From positions 1 through 27,817 of IMG/VR virus record IMGVR_UViG_3300037311_000229: a stretch of 27,817 nucleotides of DNA, one strand, 5' to 3'. Below are positions 26,301 to 27,817 of the stretch, piece by piece; within the stretch, counting starts at the first letter, position 1, and every line of letters begins with the position of its first letter. This DNA comes from a virus. Taxonomy: Duplodnaviria > Caudoviricetes. The notes under the pieces are model-generated. The model was given only the letters and a program-made list of their open reading frames with translations. It had not been told where the DNA came from and made no database searches. The position numbers were made by a program, and so were the translations under genes.

Positions 26301-26550
26301 TGCAGTCCGAAGAGAGCTTGAGCGCCGTCTCGACACATGGCGGGCAAGGTCCCCCACAGTTTACTGGAGTGACCACAAGGGAGGAAAATCCCTTCTCCAG
26401 AGTGCCGAGCGCGCTGCTGCTCGCCGGGCCGCCGGCCGCGACACCGGTGCCGCCTGGCCCACCCTCAACTCCATGCGGACCGTCGAGGCTGGAACTCCCT
26501 TCAGGATGGCCCCTGTCCTCAGGGCAAAGGATGATACGCATGAAGAATGA
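23356..26550 (+). pseudogene. drmA: DISARM DrmA-like SF2 helicase with in-frame TAG at 23488-23490
   Basis: GGAGG-ATG 23356, 'DLIGP..P...YLTGILWP*' in frame with WRPFQ, FPTGGGKTEAY, RYTLRLLT.QQF, QDELHL, STAT, YFNSLRELG, EYIQSTSRVGR, VEATSVTPF. Confidence 0.85.
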
Positions 26551-27692
26551 CCTTCAGGATTTGCGTCGCAGCGCAGTCGTTTCGACATTTGGCCCCGGCT
26601 CGGTGGTGGATTTCAGGGCGGGTGGAGGAGCCGTGTCGGGTATCGCAGCGGGCCTAGAGGAATGGGATCGCTCATTCCCTCCGGCTGGTCTTGCCCACCC
26701 GCAGGTCATCCGTGAGACGCGCTTGCAGAAGAAGCTGGGCGTGAAGGGATTCAGGACACCCCCCGTGACGCTGGAGCGGGGAAAGGATGACGATCCGGAT
26801 ACCCGGCGTCTCGTCGCCGTGCGCTTCCCGAAATGGCTGCAGTGTCCCGGCTGCGATGTCATCAAGCCGGAACGGCGATGGAAGAACGATCCGGGCAAGG
26901 CCTATCGCTACTGCGCTACGTGCACGGAAAAATCCCATGGCGACAGCAAGGTCTTCGTCATCCCCGTCCGCTTCGTAATGGCCTGCAAGCATGGCCACGT
27001 CGACGAGTTCCCCTGGGACTGGTGGGTGGGGCACAAGCCGGATTGCACGGTTTCGAAGCGTGACAATGCGGAGCGTCATCCCGGCCTGATCCTGCGGTCC
27101 GAGAAACCCGGCCTTGCCGGCCTCATCCTCAGTTGCCCGAAGTGCGGCGCGCGTCGGTCGATGGACGGCGTTTTCTCGAAGAAGACTTGGGAACGTGGGC
27201 CGAAATGCAGGGGGTACAGACCTTGGCTGGCCGATGGCGATGAAACTTGCGGCAAAGAGCAGTACGCGGTGCAGCGAGGTGCGTCCAACCTGTACTTTGC
27301 CGTGACGGAGTCAGCCCTCAGCATCCCGCCCTGGTCCGACCGTCTTCAGGAAGTTCTGGGCGACTGGTGGAGTTCCCTGACGAATCTCGATGACCTGTCC
27401 AAGCTTGAGGAATACATCGGATTCTTGGCTAAAGGTGACCTGGAGAGCATCCTGAAGGAGCTCGAGATGTCACCTACCGAACTGGCAGAGGCGATCCGTG
27501 CGCGCCTCACGTCATACGGACAGATGCAGACCGACGACCTGCGTCCGGCAGAATACCGACAATTCGTCACCGAGCCTGGTCGGAGTCGGACCCCCGATAT
27601 CGACTTCGAAACACGAAGAGAAGCTGTATCTCCTGATATAGCTCCGTGGATCTTCAGAGTTGTACGGGCTGTGCGCCTTCGCGAGGTGCGTG
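26540..27692 (+). pseudogene. drmB: DISARM DrmB-like protein, interrupted before its DUF1998 domain
   Basis: 'RRSAVVSTFGPGSVVDF', RFPKW.QC..C, PVRFVMAC.HGH.DEFPW, RGASNLYF..SALSIPP; ends abruptly at LREVR where the IS begins. Confidence 0.85.
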
Positions 27693-27817
27693 GGTGATGT
27701 CCCAAGGCGTGGTGTAGCTTCTCACCACTGATCGCTTTCGTTTTGGCGCGGGCGGTTGATGTCATGCTGCCACGGCGGGCAGGCTGACGAGGGGATCATC
27801 GCTCATGGGGGCCATGG
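27693..27817 (-). mobile_element. IS256-family insertion sequence, one end (partial)
   Basis: Terminal GGTGATGTCCCAAGGCGTGGTGTAG (rc CTACACCACGCCTTGGGACATCACC) resembles IS256-type ends and lies next to a transposase-like C-terminus. Confidence 0.75.
27762..27817 (-). CDS. IS256-family transposase, C-terminal residues only
   Basis: Manual translation ..MAPMSDDPLVSLPAVAA*, a tail I recognise from alphaproteobacterial IS256 transposases. Confidence 0.7.
   Translation of the reverse strand, partial: MAPMSDDPLVSLPAVAA

Noticed and set aside
26015-26539. N-terminal extension of drmB
   Set aside because: Overlaps drmA; DrmB similarity starts at Met 26540.

Overview
High-GC, alphaproteobacterial-looking DNA in two parts. 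(1) 1-~20.4 kb: the control, replication and integration half of a decaying lambda-terminase-type prophage, mostly on the minus strand. Reading right to left: a LexA-boxed promoter, a 408-aa unknown, a winged-helix regulator, a sigma-70-like factor, Sak4/SSB/SF2 helicase/nuclease/primase-helicase genes, a putative origin, a RuvC-like gene, DUF6362, an inserted vapBC pair, a lambda-like cos site, a ParB-fused amino-MTase, a C5-MTase coded in two overlapping frames, DUF3223 and DUF3489 genes, and the start of the terminase small subunit. A divergent DUF2924/large serine recombinase module closes this part. (2) ~20.45-27.7 kb: a defence operon (CapW/BrxR-like WYL regulator, UvrD-like helicase, drmA, drmB), damaged by an amber stop in drmA and an IS256-family insertion in drmB at the window end. 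Two observations stand out. First, a readable, CI-independent cascade (LexA -> wHTH activator -> element sigma factor -> late activator), with a candidate cis-site visible for every tier. Second, a dual-frame C5 methyltransferase whose second frame carries six WPTP repeats and motif IX. Family names are from my recognition of motifs, not database searches; regulator-site pairings are inference.
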